From the NCBI RefSeq assembly GCF_002854065.1, contig NZ_CP024147.1: a stretch of 64,000 bases of DNA; one strand, given 5' to 3'. Each line of letters begins with the position of its first letter. Position 1 is the first letter of the stretch. Below, piece after piece: positions 38,161 through 49,601 of this stretch. Both the position numbers and the translations under genes were made by a program. Source of the stretch: Escherichia coli. Lineage in GTDB: Bacteria; Pseudomonadota; Gammaproteobacteria; Enterobacterales; Enterobacteriaceae. The notes under the pieces are model-generated. The model was not told the origin of the DNA and made no database searches. It saw only the letters and a program-made list of their open reading frames with translations.

Positions 38161-39633
38161 TTACTTACTTTTCTTGATATGCTTCATCAGGCGCTTACGC
38201 TTGCGCATCTGGGTCGGCGTCAGGGTGTTACGCTTATTCGCATACGGGTTTTCCCCTTCTTTGAACTGAATACGAATCGGCGTCCCCATCACATCCAGAG
38301 ACTTGCGGAAATAGTTCATCAGATAACGCTTGTAGGAATCCGGCAGGTCTTTTACCTGGTTACCGTGAATCACCACAATCGGCGGGTTATAGCCACCTGC
38401 GTGAGCATACTTCAGCTTCACACGACGACCACGTACCAGCGGCGGCTGGTGATCTTCAACTGCCATGGTCATAATACGTGTCAGCATAGACGTTCCCACA
38501 CGACGGGTGGAACTGTCATAAGCTTCACGCACAGATTCAAACAGGTTACCAACACCGCTACCGTGCAATGCAGAGATAAAATGTACGCGAGCGAAGTCGA
38601 TAAAGCCCAGACGGAAGTCCAGCGTCTCTTTTACCTGCTCTTTCACTTCCTGGCTCAGGCCATCCCACTTGTTCACAACAATGACAAGTGAGCGCCCACT
38701 ATTGAGAATAAAGCCCAGCAGGGAGAGATCCTGATCGGAAATACCTTCGCGCGCATCAATCACCAGCATCACCACGTTGGCATCTTCAATCGCCTGCAAC
38801 GTTTTGATTACGGAGAATTTTTCTACTGCATCGGTGATTTTTCCGCGTTTACGTACGCCAGCGGTGTCAATGAGCACATACTCACGTCCGTCACGTTCCA
38901 TTGGAATGTAGATGCTGTCACGCGTCGTGCCTGGCATGTCGTAAACCACAACGCGTTCTTCACCGAGAATACGGTTAGTGAGCGTAGACTTACCAACGTT
39001 CGGACGACCAACAATCGCCAGTTTGATCGGCAGGCTTTGCGGGTCGAAGTCGTCTTCCTCTTCTTCTTCGCCGTTCTCTTGCGCTTCAAATTGCGCCCAG
39101 TATTCTGCGTCTTCGTCCACTTCTTCTTGCGGCGCGAGATCTTCCATCCACGGCAGCAGCACGTGCTCCAGCAGACTTAATACGCCACGCCCATGAGAAG
39201 CGGCAATTGGGTAGATTTCGCCTAAACCGAGCGAATAGAAATCAACGACTGCCTGGTCTGGATCTAAACCATCAGTTTTGTTTGCCACCAGGAAGGTAGG
39301 TTTTTCTCGGGAGCGCAGGTGCTTGGCAATAGCTTCATCTGCCGGCATCAGGCCCGCGCGCGCATCGACCATAAACAGTACGACGTCCGCTTCTTCAATC
39401 GCCAGCAGCGACTGTTCCGCCATGCGGGTTTCTACACCGTCTTCTGTGCCATCAATCCCGCCGGTATCAATACAGATAAACTCACGGCCTTCAATTTCCG
39501 CACGACCGTACTTACGGTCACGAGTCAGACCCGGGAAATCCGCAACCAGCGCATCTCGGGTGCGAGTTAGACGGTTAAATAACGTGGATTTTCCTACGTT
39601 AGGGCGCCCGACAAGCGCGACCACAGGTACCAT
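38161..39633 (-). CDS. der: Ribosome-associated GTPase Der (EngA), tandem GTPase domains
   Basis: 490 aa from [20 protein letters not shown]...; two G-domains (GRPNVGKS twice) plus KH-like C-terminus. Confidence 0.95.
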   Translation of the reverse strand: MVPVVALVGRPNVGKSTLFNRLTRTRDALVADFPGLTRDRKYGRAEIEGREFICIDTGGIDGTEDGVETRMAEQSLLAIEEADVVLFMVDARAGLMPADEAIAKHLRSREKPTFLVANKTDGLDPDQAVVDFYSLGLGEIYPIAASHGRGVLSLLEHVLLPWMEDLAPQEEVDEDAEYWAQFEAQENGEEEEEDDFDPQSLPIKLAIVGRPNVGKSTLTNRILGEERVVVYDMPGTTRDSIYIPMERDGREYVLIDTAGVRKRGKITDAVEKFSVIKTLQAIEDANVVMLVIDAREGISDQDLSLLGFILNSGRSLVIVVNKWDGLSQEVKEQVKETLDFRLGFIDFARVHFISALHGSGVGNLFESVREAYDSSTRRVGTSMLTRIMTMAVEDHQPPLVRGRRVKLKYAHAGGYNPPIVVIHGNQVKDLPDSYKRYLMNYFRKSLDVMGTPIRIQFKEGENPYANKRNTLTPTQMRKRKRLMKHIKKSK

Positions 39634-39750
39634 GTTTAAAGCCTCATTTTTATAAATCATCAGACAACGCACGCTATATTCGCGTCGTTGTTAAAAACAG
39701 GAAAACGGCCCCTGTCCAGGAGCCGTTTTCAAAGTGAACGACAGAGACGA

Positions 39751-40929
39751 TTAACGTGTAATAGAGTACACTGTTCCGTCTTTTGCCTGGATCAGCAGTT
39801 TGCCGTCAGCGGCAACCGGTTCAGTCTGGAAACCGGAACTATCAACTTTTTGCTGGGCAACGAAACGACCATCTTCGACGTTAATCCAGTGCAAATAACC
39901 TTCACTGTCACCGACCACCAGGTTGCCATTATACAGCACCGGAGAAGTCAGCAGGCGATGCAGCAGATCGCTTTGTGTCCACAGCGTAACGCCGCCATCA
40001 ATGGTCAACGCCATCACCCGGTCATTTTGATCGACCAGATAGATGCGATTGCCGTCGACGATGAAATCATTCACCGAACCCAGTTCGCGTTTCCACATAA
40101 TCTGACCACTGCGCAGATCAAGCGCCGTCAGGTTACCATTATAGGCCAGCGCGAAAACAACGCCGTTAACAACGACGGGAGTCGTGTCAACATCGCTCAG
40201 ACGGTCAATTTCGGTAGAACCGGTCGCCTGGGAAATACGCTGCTGCCAAATCATCTGGCCCTGTTCCATCAGCACTGCGCTGACGCGACCATTATCGCCC
40301 CCCACGACGGCCGCACCAAAAGCCGTTGCCGGCGCAGACTCGCCACGCAAAGAGAGCGAAGGCATATCGAGGTTAACTGTCCATTTGACAGCGCCGTCAG
40401 CTTCGTTCAGCGCTTGTAACTGACCGTTACTGGTGTGGATTAACACCAGACCGTCGCTGACCACCGGGCGCGAAAGTGCTTCACCCGCGACTTTAGTTTG
40501 CCATGCCACAGTACCATCGCTGGTATTCAGCGCGTAAACCTGCGCCTTTTCGCTGCCAATGTAGACATGTCCACCAGACACGGTCACACCGCCAGAAAGT
40601 AATGCAGGCTCTTTAGAGAACCAGCCATCTTTCTCGGCCAGGCTGACAGACCAGATTTCTTTGCCATCATCCGCATTCAGCGCTTTTACTAAACCAGCGC
40701 GGTCCGCTGCATAGACAACGTTGTCCGCCAGTGCCGGATGAAGATTAGAATAGAAGTTGCCAATGCCGCTACCAACAGAGGTGCTCCATACCGTGGTCGG
40801 CGTAAACTGGTTTTCAACGGTCGGCAATGGGGACATCTTTACCACATCTTCTTCGCTGTTAAACAGCGAACAGCCGCTTAAAAGAGTAACGGAAAGCAGT
40901 CCTGGCAGCAGTAATTTACGCAATTGCAT
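39751..40929 (-). CDS. bamB: Outer-membrane protein assembly factor BamB (PQQ-like beta-propeller lipoprotein)
   Basis: 392 aa; lipobox LSGC. Confidence 0.95.
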   Translation of the reverse strand: MQLRKLLLPGLLSVTLLSGCSLFNSEEDVVKMSPLPTVENQFTPTTVWSTSVGSGIGNFYSNLHPALADNVVYAADRAGLVKALNADDGKEIWSVSLAEKDGWFSKEPALLSGGVTVSGGHVYIGSEKAQVYALNTSDGTVAWQTKVAGEALSRPVVSDGLVLIHTSNGQLQALNEADGAVKWTVNLDMPSLSLRGESAPATAFGAAVVGGDNGRVSAVLMEQGQMIWQQRISQATGSTEIDRLSDVDTTPVVVNGVVFALAYNGNLTALDLRSGQIMWKRELGSVNDFIVDGNRIYLVDQNDRVMALTIDGGVTLWTQSDLLHRLLTSPVLYNGNLVVGDSEGYLHWINVEDGRFVAQQKVDSSGFQTEPVAADGKLLIQAKDGTVYSITR

Positions 40930-40939
40930 CGGGTCCCTC

Positions 40940-41560
40940 TCAGATGGACAAATTATTAATTTTCATCTGCATCATTTCGCTCAGTGCAGGGGTAACATCG
41001 CTTTTAACGCCTGCCTCCCATGCACTACGCGCACCTTGCTTATCACCTTTGCTCAGCAATGCTTCACCACGCAGGTCGGCAACAATGGCAGCCCACCCTT
41101 CACCTTTGATGGTATCAAGGGTTTTCAGCGCGGCATCAGCCTGCTTGAGCTGTACCTGAACGCGAGCAAGACGCAGATTTATCACGGCTTTGAGATTTTC
41201 ATCGCTCGTATCTGCCAGCCCCTGTTGTAACTGGGCGGCAGCTTTCTCTAGTTCATTTTTGTCAACAAATTGCTGCGCAAGTTCCAAAGAAGCCAGCGCA
41301 CCATAAGTATTTTTATTTTCAGCAGCAAATTTTTCCGCCGCCGGGATGCTATCCGGTTTGCCTTCGCTCACTGCGGTAACCGCATTTTGATAGGCAAGAG
41401 AAGCGGAGCGTGCAGAATCAACCTGATGGCTGTTCCAGTAGCGCCAGCCAATCAGTGCGCCAACGCCCAAAATCACCCCAACAGCCAGTGCTTTGCCATT
41501 TTCAGCAAAAAAGCGTTTAACCGCTTCTACCTGGTCGTTTTCGTTCTCGTAAATTTCCAC
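40940..41560 (-). CDS. yfgM: Ancillary SecYEG translocon subunit YfgM (TPR-like, N-terminal membrane anchor)
   Basis: 206 aa. Confidence 0.9.
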   Translation of the reverse strand: MEIYENENDQVEAVKRFFAENGKALAVGVILGVGALIGWRYWNSHQVDSARSASLAYQNAVTAVSEGKPDSIPAAEKFAAENKNTYGALASLELAQQFVDKNELEKAAAQLQQGLADTSDENLKAVINLRLARVQVQLKQADAALKTLDTIKGEGWAAIVADLRGEALLSKGDKQGARSAWEAGVKSDVTPALSEMMQMKINNLSI

Positions 41561-41577
41561 GCTGTCCTTCTCCTTCC

Positions 41578-42852
41578 TTAACCCAGTAACGTGCGCAAAT
41601 GCGCGGCTACGCTATCCTGCGCAACTGCCGTTTGCTCACCAGAGCGCAAATCCTTCACTACTGCTGTGCCGTTAGCCACTTCAGACTCACCCAGCACCAC
41701 AGCAACGCGGGCACCCCATTTATCAGCACGGGCAAACTGTTTCTTAAAGTTGCCGCCGCCGTGGTTGGTCATCAATTTCACGCCCGGTAATTCATCACGC
41801 AGACGCTCAGCTAATGCCATAGCCGCAGATTGTGTATCAGCACCTGAAGCCACCAAGTATATATCGACAACAGGATCGGCTTTAAATTCCGGATTAACGG
41901 CCTGTACTAACAATACAAGACGTTCGAGGCCCATCGCAAAACCGACAGCCGGTGTTGCACGACCGCCCAGTTGTTCCACAAGACCGTCATAACGACCGCC
42001 TGCACACACGGTGCCCTGGGAGCCGAGACTGTTAGTCACCCACTCGAAAACGGTACGGTTGTAGTAATCCAGACCACGCACCAGACGCTGGTTTACGGTG
42101 TAAGCGATCCCCGCGCTCTCAAGCAGTTTGCACAGACCAGCAAAGTGCTCACGAGATTCCTCGTCCAGATAATCACCTAATGCCGGAGCGTCGTTGAGAA
42201 GCGCCTGCACTTCCGGATTTTTTGAATCCAGCACGCGCAGCGGGTTAGTGTACATGCGGCGTTTGCAGTCTTCGTCCAGCTTTTCTTTATGCTGCTCAAG
42301 GAATGCCACCAGCGCATCGCGGTAATTGGCGCGTGCTTCCAGCGAACCGATAGAATTCAGCTCAAGAGTTACGTGCTCGGAAATACCCAGCGCGCGCCAC
42401 CAGCGGGCGGTGAGCATAATCAGTTCAGCGTCGATATCCGGACCTTGCAGACCGAAAACTTCGCAGCCCAACTGATGGAACTGACGATAACGCCCTTTCT
42501 GCGGACGCTCGTGACGGAACATCGGCCCGATATACCACAGACGCTGTTCCTGATTGTACAGAAGACCATGCTCGATGCCGGCGCGTACACAGCCCGCCGT
42601 CCCTTCAGGGCGCAGAGTCAGGCTGTCGCCATTGCGATCCTCAAAGGTGTACATCTCTTTTTCAACCACGTCGGTGACTTCACCAATCGCACGTTTGAAT
42701 AGCGGGGTCTGCTCTACAATCGGCAAGCGGATTTCACTGTAACCGTAGCTGCCGAGCACGTTTTTCAGTGTGCCTTCAATGCGCTGCCAGATGGCCGTTT
42801 CGCCAGGCAGGTAATCGTTCATGCCGCGAATGGCTTGAATGTTTTTTGCCAC
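41578..42852 (-). CDS. hisS: Histidine--tRNA ligase HisS
   Basis: 424 aa class II aaRS. Confidence 0.95.
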
Positions 42853-42962
42853 GTTTATTCTCTTTCTGAATATAAAAATGAACCCTCAACGCTTCCCTCA
42901 ATGTTTGGGGAGCCATGCGGGTTCAATCATACACGGGAAGCGAGGCGCTTCCCATCACGTTA

Positions 42963-44081
42963 TTATTTTTCGACCTGCTGAACGTCAATTCGACGCGCTT
43001 CGTCCAGCTGACTGGCTTTCGCACGAATGCGTGCTTCCAGCTGGTCGATCATATCGTTGTTGTCCAGACGGTCTTTGCGCACGCCATCTTCATAGAGGCC
43101 GCTTTTCTTGTTGCCGCCGGTGACGCCGAGTGTAGAAACCAGCGCCTCACCCGGGCCATTCACCACGCAGCCGATAATCGAAACGTCCATCGGAGTGATG
43201 ATATCTTCCAGGCGTTGCTCCAGCGCGTTAACCGTACCGATAACATCAAACTCCTGACGCGAACAGGTCGGACAGGCGATGAAGTTGATACCTCGCGAAC
43301 GGATACGAAGCGATTTCAAAATATCGAAACCGACTTTGATCTCTTCGACCGGATCGGCCGCCAGTGATACGCGCAGCGTGTCGCCGATGCCTTCAGACAG
43401 CAGCAAACCTAAACCAATGGCGGATTTTACTGCCCCGCTGCGCGCGCCACCCGCTTCGGTGATCCCCAGATGCAGCGGCTGATCGATTTGTTTTGCCAGC
43501 AAACGATAAGACTCAACAGCGAGGAAGACGTCAGACGCTTTCACGCTGACTTTGAACTGATCGAAGTTCAGGCGATCGAGATGATCAACATGACGCATGG
43601 CGGATTCCAGCAACGCCTGCGGCGTCGGTTCGCCATACTTTTCTTGCAGATCTTTTTCCAGCGATCCGGCGTTAACGCCAATACGGATCGGAATGTTTTT
43701 ATCGCGCGCACAGTCAACCACCATGCGAATACGCTCTTCATTACCGATATTGCCAGGATTAATACGCAGACAATCGACGCCGTATTCCGCTACTTTCAGC
43801 GCAATGCGATAGTCGAAGTGGATGTCAGCCACCAGCGGCACGTTAACCTGCTGTTTGATGAGTTTGAACGCTTCTGCCGCGTCCATCGTCGGTACAGATA
43901 CACGGACGATATCAGCGCCAACGCGTTCCAGCGCCTTGATTTGATTGACCGTTGCTTCGACGTCTGTCGTACGCGTATTGGTCATGGACTGTACGGCGAT
44001 GGGAGCACCATCGCCAATCGGCACATTCCCAACGTAAATACGTGTTGATTTTCTACGTTGAATTGGAGCCTGGTTATGCAT
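42963..44081 (-). CDS. ispG: 4-hydroxy-3-methylbut-2-enyl diphosphate synthase IspG (GcpE)
   Basis: 372 aa; Fe-S cysteine motif (CPTCSR). Confidence 0.95.
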
Positions 44082-44107
44082 GAAAAATCTCCCGCGTTAC
44101 CCGTCTG

Positions 44108-45121
44108 TTACTGCGCCGGTGATTGTTCGGCATTGAGGGTCAGACGCGCAACCTGGTTAGTTCTGATAAAACGACTCAGATCGACAGGTTTCCCTTGATA
44201 CTGGATCTGTACTGCGGCTGGCGCACCAATTTTCAGTTTGTACGGTGCCTGGCCGGTTAAGTTCAAATTACCGTCTTTACGCTGCATACCGCTAAACAAT
44301 TTTTTACCGGTAGCATCAGTGACCTCCAGCCAGCAATCGGCAGTAAAGTTCATCACCAGCGCATTCGGATCAGCCACCGGCGTGGTCACGCCAGCCTGAT
44401 CGGTTGGCAACGGCGCAGCACCATCTGGCGTTGTTGCTGCCGTTGGTGCCGGGGTCGCGGCGGTATCAACATTTGCCTGCGAAGGCGAAACAACCGCATT
44501 CTGTTGCGGATCAACAGCTGGTGCTGGCGCAGTTACGGCAGGTGTTTGCGTGTTGGTTGCGGTAGTATCCACAGACGCTGGCGGCGTGGACGTTGTAGCC
44601 GGGTCTGTAGTTGTCGACGTATTTAACGGAACACTCTGCCCCTGCTCGCTATTACTGCTCAGTTCCGCCGAAGATTGATCGGCCATAGTGGTGATCTCTT
44701 CCTGCTGAGCTTTGTGGTCTTGCCACCACCAGGCACCGCTCAGGCCGATAACCACAAACAACACCAGCCAGGTGAAGGTCATCAGCCAGCCGTCGCGTTT
44801 TTTGCGGCGTTTACCGAGGGAAAAACTCTGCATCGGCGCAACTTTTGCAGCCCGTAGTGGAGCCTGCTTTTCCAGCCCTGGCAGCAGTTCTTCTTCTGGA
44901 ATATGTACCAGACGCGCATAAGAGCGGATATATCCGCGCAGGAATGTTGAAGCAAGATCGGCGGGTGCCTTATCTTCTTCAATGTCGCGTACCGTGGAAA
45001 CCTTCAGGCAAAGTCGCTCGGCAACGGCCTGCTGACTAAGTCCTAGTTGTTCGCGAGCATTACGCAGGCGAGCGCCGGTAGTAAGTGCTTCATTTTGGTC
45101 GTGCGTGGCTTCAGTATTCAT
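44108..45121 (-). CDS. rodZ: Cytoskeleton protein RodZ (HTH plus TM plus Pro/Thr-rich linker)
   Basis: 337 aa. Confidence 0.9.
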   Translation of the reverse strand: MNTEATHDQNEALTTGARLRNAREQLGLSQQAVAERLCLKVSTVRDIEEDKAPADLASTFLRGYIRSYARLVHIPEEELLPGLEKQAPLRAAKVAPMQSFSLGKRRKKRDGWLMTFTWLVLFVVIGLSGAWWWQDHKAQQEEITTMADQSSAELSSNSEQGQSVPLNTSTTTDPATTSTPPASVDTTATNTQTPAVTAPAPAVDPQQNAVVSPSQANVDTAATPAPTAATTPDGAAPLPTDQAGVTTPVADPNALVMNFTADCWLEVTDATGKKLFSGMQRKDGNLNLTGQAPYKLKIGAPAAVQIQYQGKPVDLSRFIRTNQVARLTLNAEQSPAQ

Positions 45122-45405
45122 TCGCTGCAGGTACGTTTAAATGAGAATTGAGATGCCGGTGAACCATCATGCTCACCCACACCGCGAAACATCCGTTAAG
45201 TTAACCGTTATCATACAGTATAAGACCGTCTGTGTGCTCGTGACAAAGCCCACATTCACTAAGGCTAACTTACTGTTGCATCGTTACATACTGCCTTAAA
45301 GTCAGCAAAAACGCACCGTTAATATTGACCAGACAATTGCAACTTAATACTTCATTCATAAAACATTACGCCACGGTACATAAAGTAACCGTGGCGTAAT
45401 GGCTA

Positions 45406-46560
45406 TCAGACCGCTTTAATGTCGATGGCTTCACCCTGCATCCGTTTACGCAGGGTACGTTTCGTACGGTCGATAACATCGCCCGCCAACTGACCACAGG
45501 CAGCATCGATATCATCACCACGCGTTTTACGCACAATAGTGGTGAAACCGTAGCTCATCAGCACTTTTGAGAAACGGTCGATACGGCTGTTCGAACTGCG
45601 TCCATACGGTGCGCCCGGGAACGGGTTCCACGGGATCAGGTTGATCTTACACGGCGTATCTTTCAGCAGTTCCGCCAGTTGGTGCGCGTGTTCAGTGCCG
45701 TCGTTAACGTGGTCAAGCATCACGTATTCAATAGTGACTCGGCCCTGATTGGCGTTGGATTTCTCCAGATAACGGCGCACCGCAGCAAGGAACGTTTCGA
45801 TATTGTACTTTTTGTTGATCGGCACAATTTCGTCACGAATTTCGTCGTTCGGCGCGTGCAGGGAAATTGCCAGCGCAACATCGATCATATCGCCCAGTTT
45901 ATCCAGCGCCGGAACTACACCGGAAGTGGAAAGCGTCACGCGACGTTTAGACAGACCAAAACCGAAATCATCAAGCATGATTTCCATCGCCGGAACGACG
46001 TTGTTCAGGTTGAGCAGCGGCTCGCCCATGCCCATCATCACTACGTTAGTGATCGGACGCTGACCGGTGACTTTTGCTGCGCCGACGATTTTCGCCGCAC
46101 GCCACACCTGGCCAATAATTTCCGATACCCGCAGGTTGCGGTTAAAGCCCTGCTGGGCGGTGGAACAGAATTTACACTCCAGCGCACACCCCACCTGCGA
46201 AGAGACGCAGAGCGTAGCGCGGTCGTCTTCCGGGATGTACACCGTTTCGACACGCTGGTCACCCACGGCAATCGCCCATTTAATGGTGCCGTCAGATGAA
46301 CGCTGTTCTTCAACCACTTCCGGTGCGCGGATCTCCGCCACCTCTTTCAGTTTGCCGCGCAACACTTTGTTGATGTCAGTCATCTCATCAAAGTTGTCGC
46401 AGCAATAGTGATACATCCACTTCATCACCTGATCGGCGCGGAAGGGTTTTTCACCTAAATCTTTAAAAAACTCCCGCATCTGCTGACGATTGAGATCCAG
46501 CAGGTTGATTTTTCCATCTTTGGTGGTGACGTTTTCAGGTGTGACTAATTGTTCAGACAT
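45406..46560 (-). CDS. rlmN: Radical-SAM 23S rRNA/tRNA m2A methyltransferase RlmN
   Basis: 384 aa; CxxxCxxC radical SAM motif (CALECKFCS). Confidence 0.95.
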
Positions 46561-46709
46561 ATGCTATTCCGGCCTCGTTATTACACGTTATGGCCCCTGG
46601 AGGGTTGAAAAAAGAAACGCCCCGGTGAGCGGCTGCTCGTCCGGGGGCGCTGCATTGTACAAATTCTGGCGCACGGATGCCACGTTTGCACGCGGCATTT
46701 ACGAAATTA

Positions 46710-47141
46710 TTAACGGGTGCGCGGGCACACTTCGCCTTCGCCGAAGAAATAAGCGATTTCGCGAGCGGCAGATTCGACGGAATCAGAACCGTGGGTACCA
46801 TTTTCGGTCAGGCTGTCAGCGTAATCAGCGCGCAGAGTACCGGCCAGTGCGTTTGCCGGATTGGTCGCGCCCAGCAGATCGCGGTGACGCTGAACGGCGT
46901 TTTCACCTTCCAGCACGGAAACCACGATCGGGCCAGAGGTCATGAATTCAACCAGACCATCAAAGAACGGTTTTCCATCGTGTTCAGCATAAAAGCCACG
47001 AGCCTGTTCAACGGTCAGGTGCAGCATTTTGGTGCCGACAATTTTGAACCCTGCAGCTTCAAAGCGCGCAAAGATATTACCAATGACGTTTTTTGCTACC
47101 GCGTTCGGTTTGATAATGGAAAAAGTACGTTCAATAGCCAT
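46710..47141 (-). CDS. ndk: Nucleoside diphosphate kinase Ndk
   Basis: 143 aa from [15 protein letters not shown]...; active-site NxxHGSD. Confidence 0.95.
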
Positions 47142-47288
47142 TTTTACCTCTGTAAAGTATTCGTTGTTGTCTGTACCTGCGTACGAGATGGCGCGGATTA
47201 TAAAGAGCAACAGGGCCGTTGACTATTGATGAAGGTAACATTTTTTTAAAATAAACCTAGTTTAAGCAACAATCAGGGACAAAACAGA

Positions 47289-49601
47289 CTATTGCATGAC
47301 AAATTTCACTGTCGCGATTTGCCCTACGTCATCCATCACCAGCAATTGATAATCACCTTTATCCGTCAAATGCAGGGTCACGTTGCGCCCGCGTTCAGTT
47401 AACGGTTCGCCGTTCAGAAACCACCAGCGTTCACCTGCCCCTCCACTTGATTGCAACGGCAAAGTCGCTTCCGCTGCGCCCGGTAAACGTTTAATAATCT
47501 CGCCATCGCGAACGCCTGTCAGCTGCAGCGGGAGCTGGGCATCGTGACCGTATGGCGGGCAAATTGTCGAGGCCGGTGGTAAGCGCACAGCGCGACGTTC
47601 TGATGCGGGCAACCAGGGTTCCAGCGGTAGCGGCCAGACATTTATCATTTCTTGTCGCGCTTGCGGGCAATCAGCGGCAACACGTTTGCCATTTTCATCC
47701 AGCCAGATGGGGAAACGAATGCCATTAATGCCTTCCTGCTCCGGCAGTAATAGAGTTGGCGGCTGACTCCCGTCCAGCAGCCAGGTTGCCAGGCGGCGGC
47801 GACAGTTACCGTCACCTTCCGGCAAAGACTGTCCGCCCGGCCAGCAAATAACGCCACGAGTGACTGAGTTCGGGCGCGGGTCTTCCGGCAGATTCGCACT
47901 GCGCGACAGTAAAATATTATTAACCTGATTCAACAGCGGTACAGCACTGGCAAAGCCAAACTGACCAACAACCGGCGTGCCATCCGGTCTGCCAGTCCAG
48001 ATCCCAATGACATAGCGAGCATTAACCCCAATCGCCCAGGCGTCACGATAGCCATAGCTGGTGCCCGTTTTCCATGCCAGTGGAGCGACGCGCGGCAAGG
48101 CACCATCCGGCAAGGGTTGCGCTTCATCAGCCATAATCCGGCGAATGATCCACGCAGCCCCCGACGACATTAAAGGCCGTTCAAGCAGCGGATCGTCAGG
48201 CTGTAAGCGCAATTTGCCTGCCTTGCCGTGGCGAGCAAACGCGGTATACGCTGCCGCCATATCTTCCAGTTTTGCACCAGCACCGCCGAGAATGAGCGAA
48301 AGATTGGGCGCAGCGCCGTTGGGCAGATACAACGGCAATCCAACATTGCGTAATTTTGCCGCAAACCGTTTCGGTCCATAGGCTTCCAGCACCTGCACAG
48401 CAGGTAAATTCAGCGAGCGCACCAGCGCCTCGCTCATGCTGATCGGGCCATGAAAACCGCTATCAAAGTTACCTGGTCGATAATCACCGGTGCGCCGGGG
48501 GACGTCTTGCAGCAGTGATGCCGGGTGGATCAAGCCTTCATCCAGCGCCAGACCATAAACAAACGGTTTGAGCACCGATCCTGGCGATCGGATCGCATTG
48601 ACCATATCAACATGACCAAAGCGTGAATCATCGTTGAGATCTACCGATCCCACCCAGCCGCGAACACGCATATCGGTATGATCAACCACGATCATCGCCA
48701 GTGAGCTGCGCGGTGGTAAACGTCCTTTCCAGTTTTGCGCCAGTTCTTCCAGACGTCGTTGAAGACCGGCATCCAGCGTAGTAACGATTTTGTCGCTTTT
48801 GCTTTTACCGAGCATCATGCGCGAAAACAGCGGTGCAAGTTGCGGCATTTGTCGGGGTGCCAGCCAGATGGGTTCTTCCCTTGACTCTTTTACCTGCTCA
48901 CGGGACCACACACCTTGCACGGCCATCCGTTCGAGCACTTTATTACGCGCGGCTTCGGCACGCTCCGGCCAACGATCCGGGCGCAGTCGGCTGGGCGCTT
49001 GCGGTAACACCGCCAGCATTGCCGCCTCGGAATAGCTTAAATTCGCAGGCGACTTTCCGAGATAAGCCCAACTTGCCGCACCGATCCCCTGCAACGTACC
49101 GCCAAACGGAGCGCGGTTAAGATACAAGGTCAGAATTTCACGCTTAGACAGATGCCATTCCAGTTGCAACGCGCGCCAGAGCTGGCGAATTTTGCCGCCA
49201 AATGTTTTGGGGTGAGGATCAAGCAGACGAGCAACCTGCATAGTGAGCGTGCTGCCACCGGAAATAACCCGTCCCGAAGTGAGATCTTGCCATGCTGCGC
49301 GCGCCACCGAGAATGGATTCACCCCCGGATGCTTCCAGAACCAGCGATCTTCATAATTGATCAGCGCTTCAAGGTAACGTGGAGAAACATCTTCGATTGT
49401 TACCGGATAACGCCAGATGCCGTCAGCATCGGCGAAGCGCCAGAGCGGCGTACCATCCTGCGCCACGACCACTCGTGCGGGATTGACTTCATGCAGCGGT
49501 AGAGGCCAGAGTTTATCTGCTCCCCACGCTGCAAGAAAAAGGAGAAATGGCGCAGCTGCCAGCGTTATCCAGCAGCCGCGTTTGGTTAACAAGCGAGGCA
49601 T
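47289..49601 (-). CDS. pbpC: Penicillin-binding protein 1C (PbpC), bifunctional glycosyltransferase/transpeptidase-like
   Basis: 770 aa, directly abutting yfhM. Confidence 0.9.
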   Translation of the reverse strand: MPRLLTKRGCWITLAAAPFLLFLAAWGADKLWPLPLHEVNPARVVVAQDGTPLWRFADADGIWRYPVTIEDVSPRYLEALINYEDRWFWKHPGVNPFSVARAAWQDLTSGRVISGGSTLTMQVARLLDPHPKTFGGKIRQLWRALQLEWHLSKREILTLYLNRAPFGGTLQGIGAASWAYLGKSPANLSYSEAAMLAVLPQAPSRLRPDRWPERAEAARNKVLERMAVQGVWSREQVKESREEPIWLAPRQMPQLAPLFSRMMLGKSKSDKIVTTLDAGLQRRLEELAQNWKGRLPPRSSLAMIVVDHTDMRVRGWVGSVDLNDDSRFGHVDMVNAIRSPGSVLKPFVYGLALDEGLIHPASLLQDVPRRTGDYRPGNFDSGFHGPISMSEALVRSLNLPAVQVLEAYGPKRFAAKLRNVGLPLYLPNGAAPNLSLILGGAGAKLEDMAAAYTAFARHGKAGKLRLQPDDPLLERPLMSSGAAWIIRRIMADEAQPLPDGALPRVAPLAWKTGTSYGYRDAWAIGVNARYVIGIWTGRPDGTPVVGQFGFASAVPLLNQVNNILLSRSANLPEDPRPNSVTRGVICWPGGQSLPEGDGNCRRRLATWLLDGSQPPTLLLPEQEGINGIRFPIWLDENGKRVAADCPQARQEMINVWPLPLEPWLPASERRAVRLPPASTICPPYGHDAQLPLQLTGVRDGEIIKRLPGAAEATLPLQSSGGAGERWWFLNGEPLTERGRNVTLHLTDKGDYQLLVMDDVGQIATVKFVMQ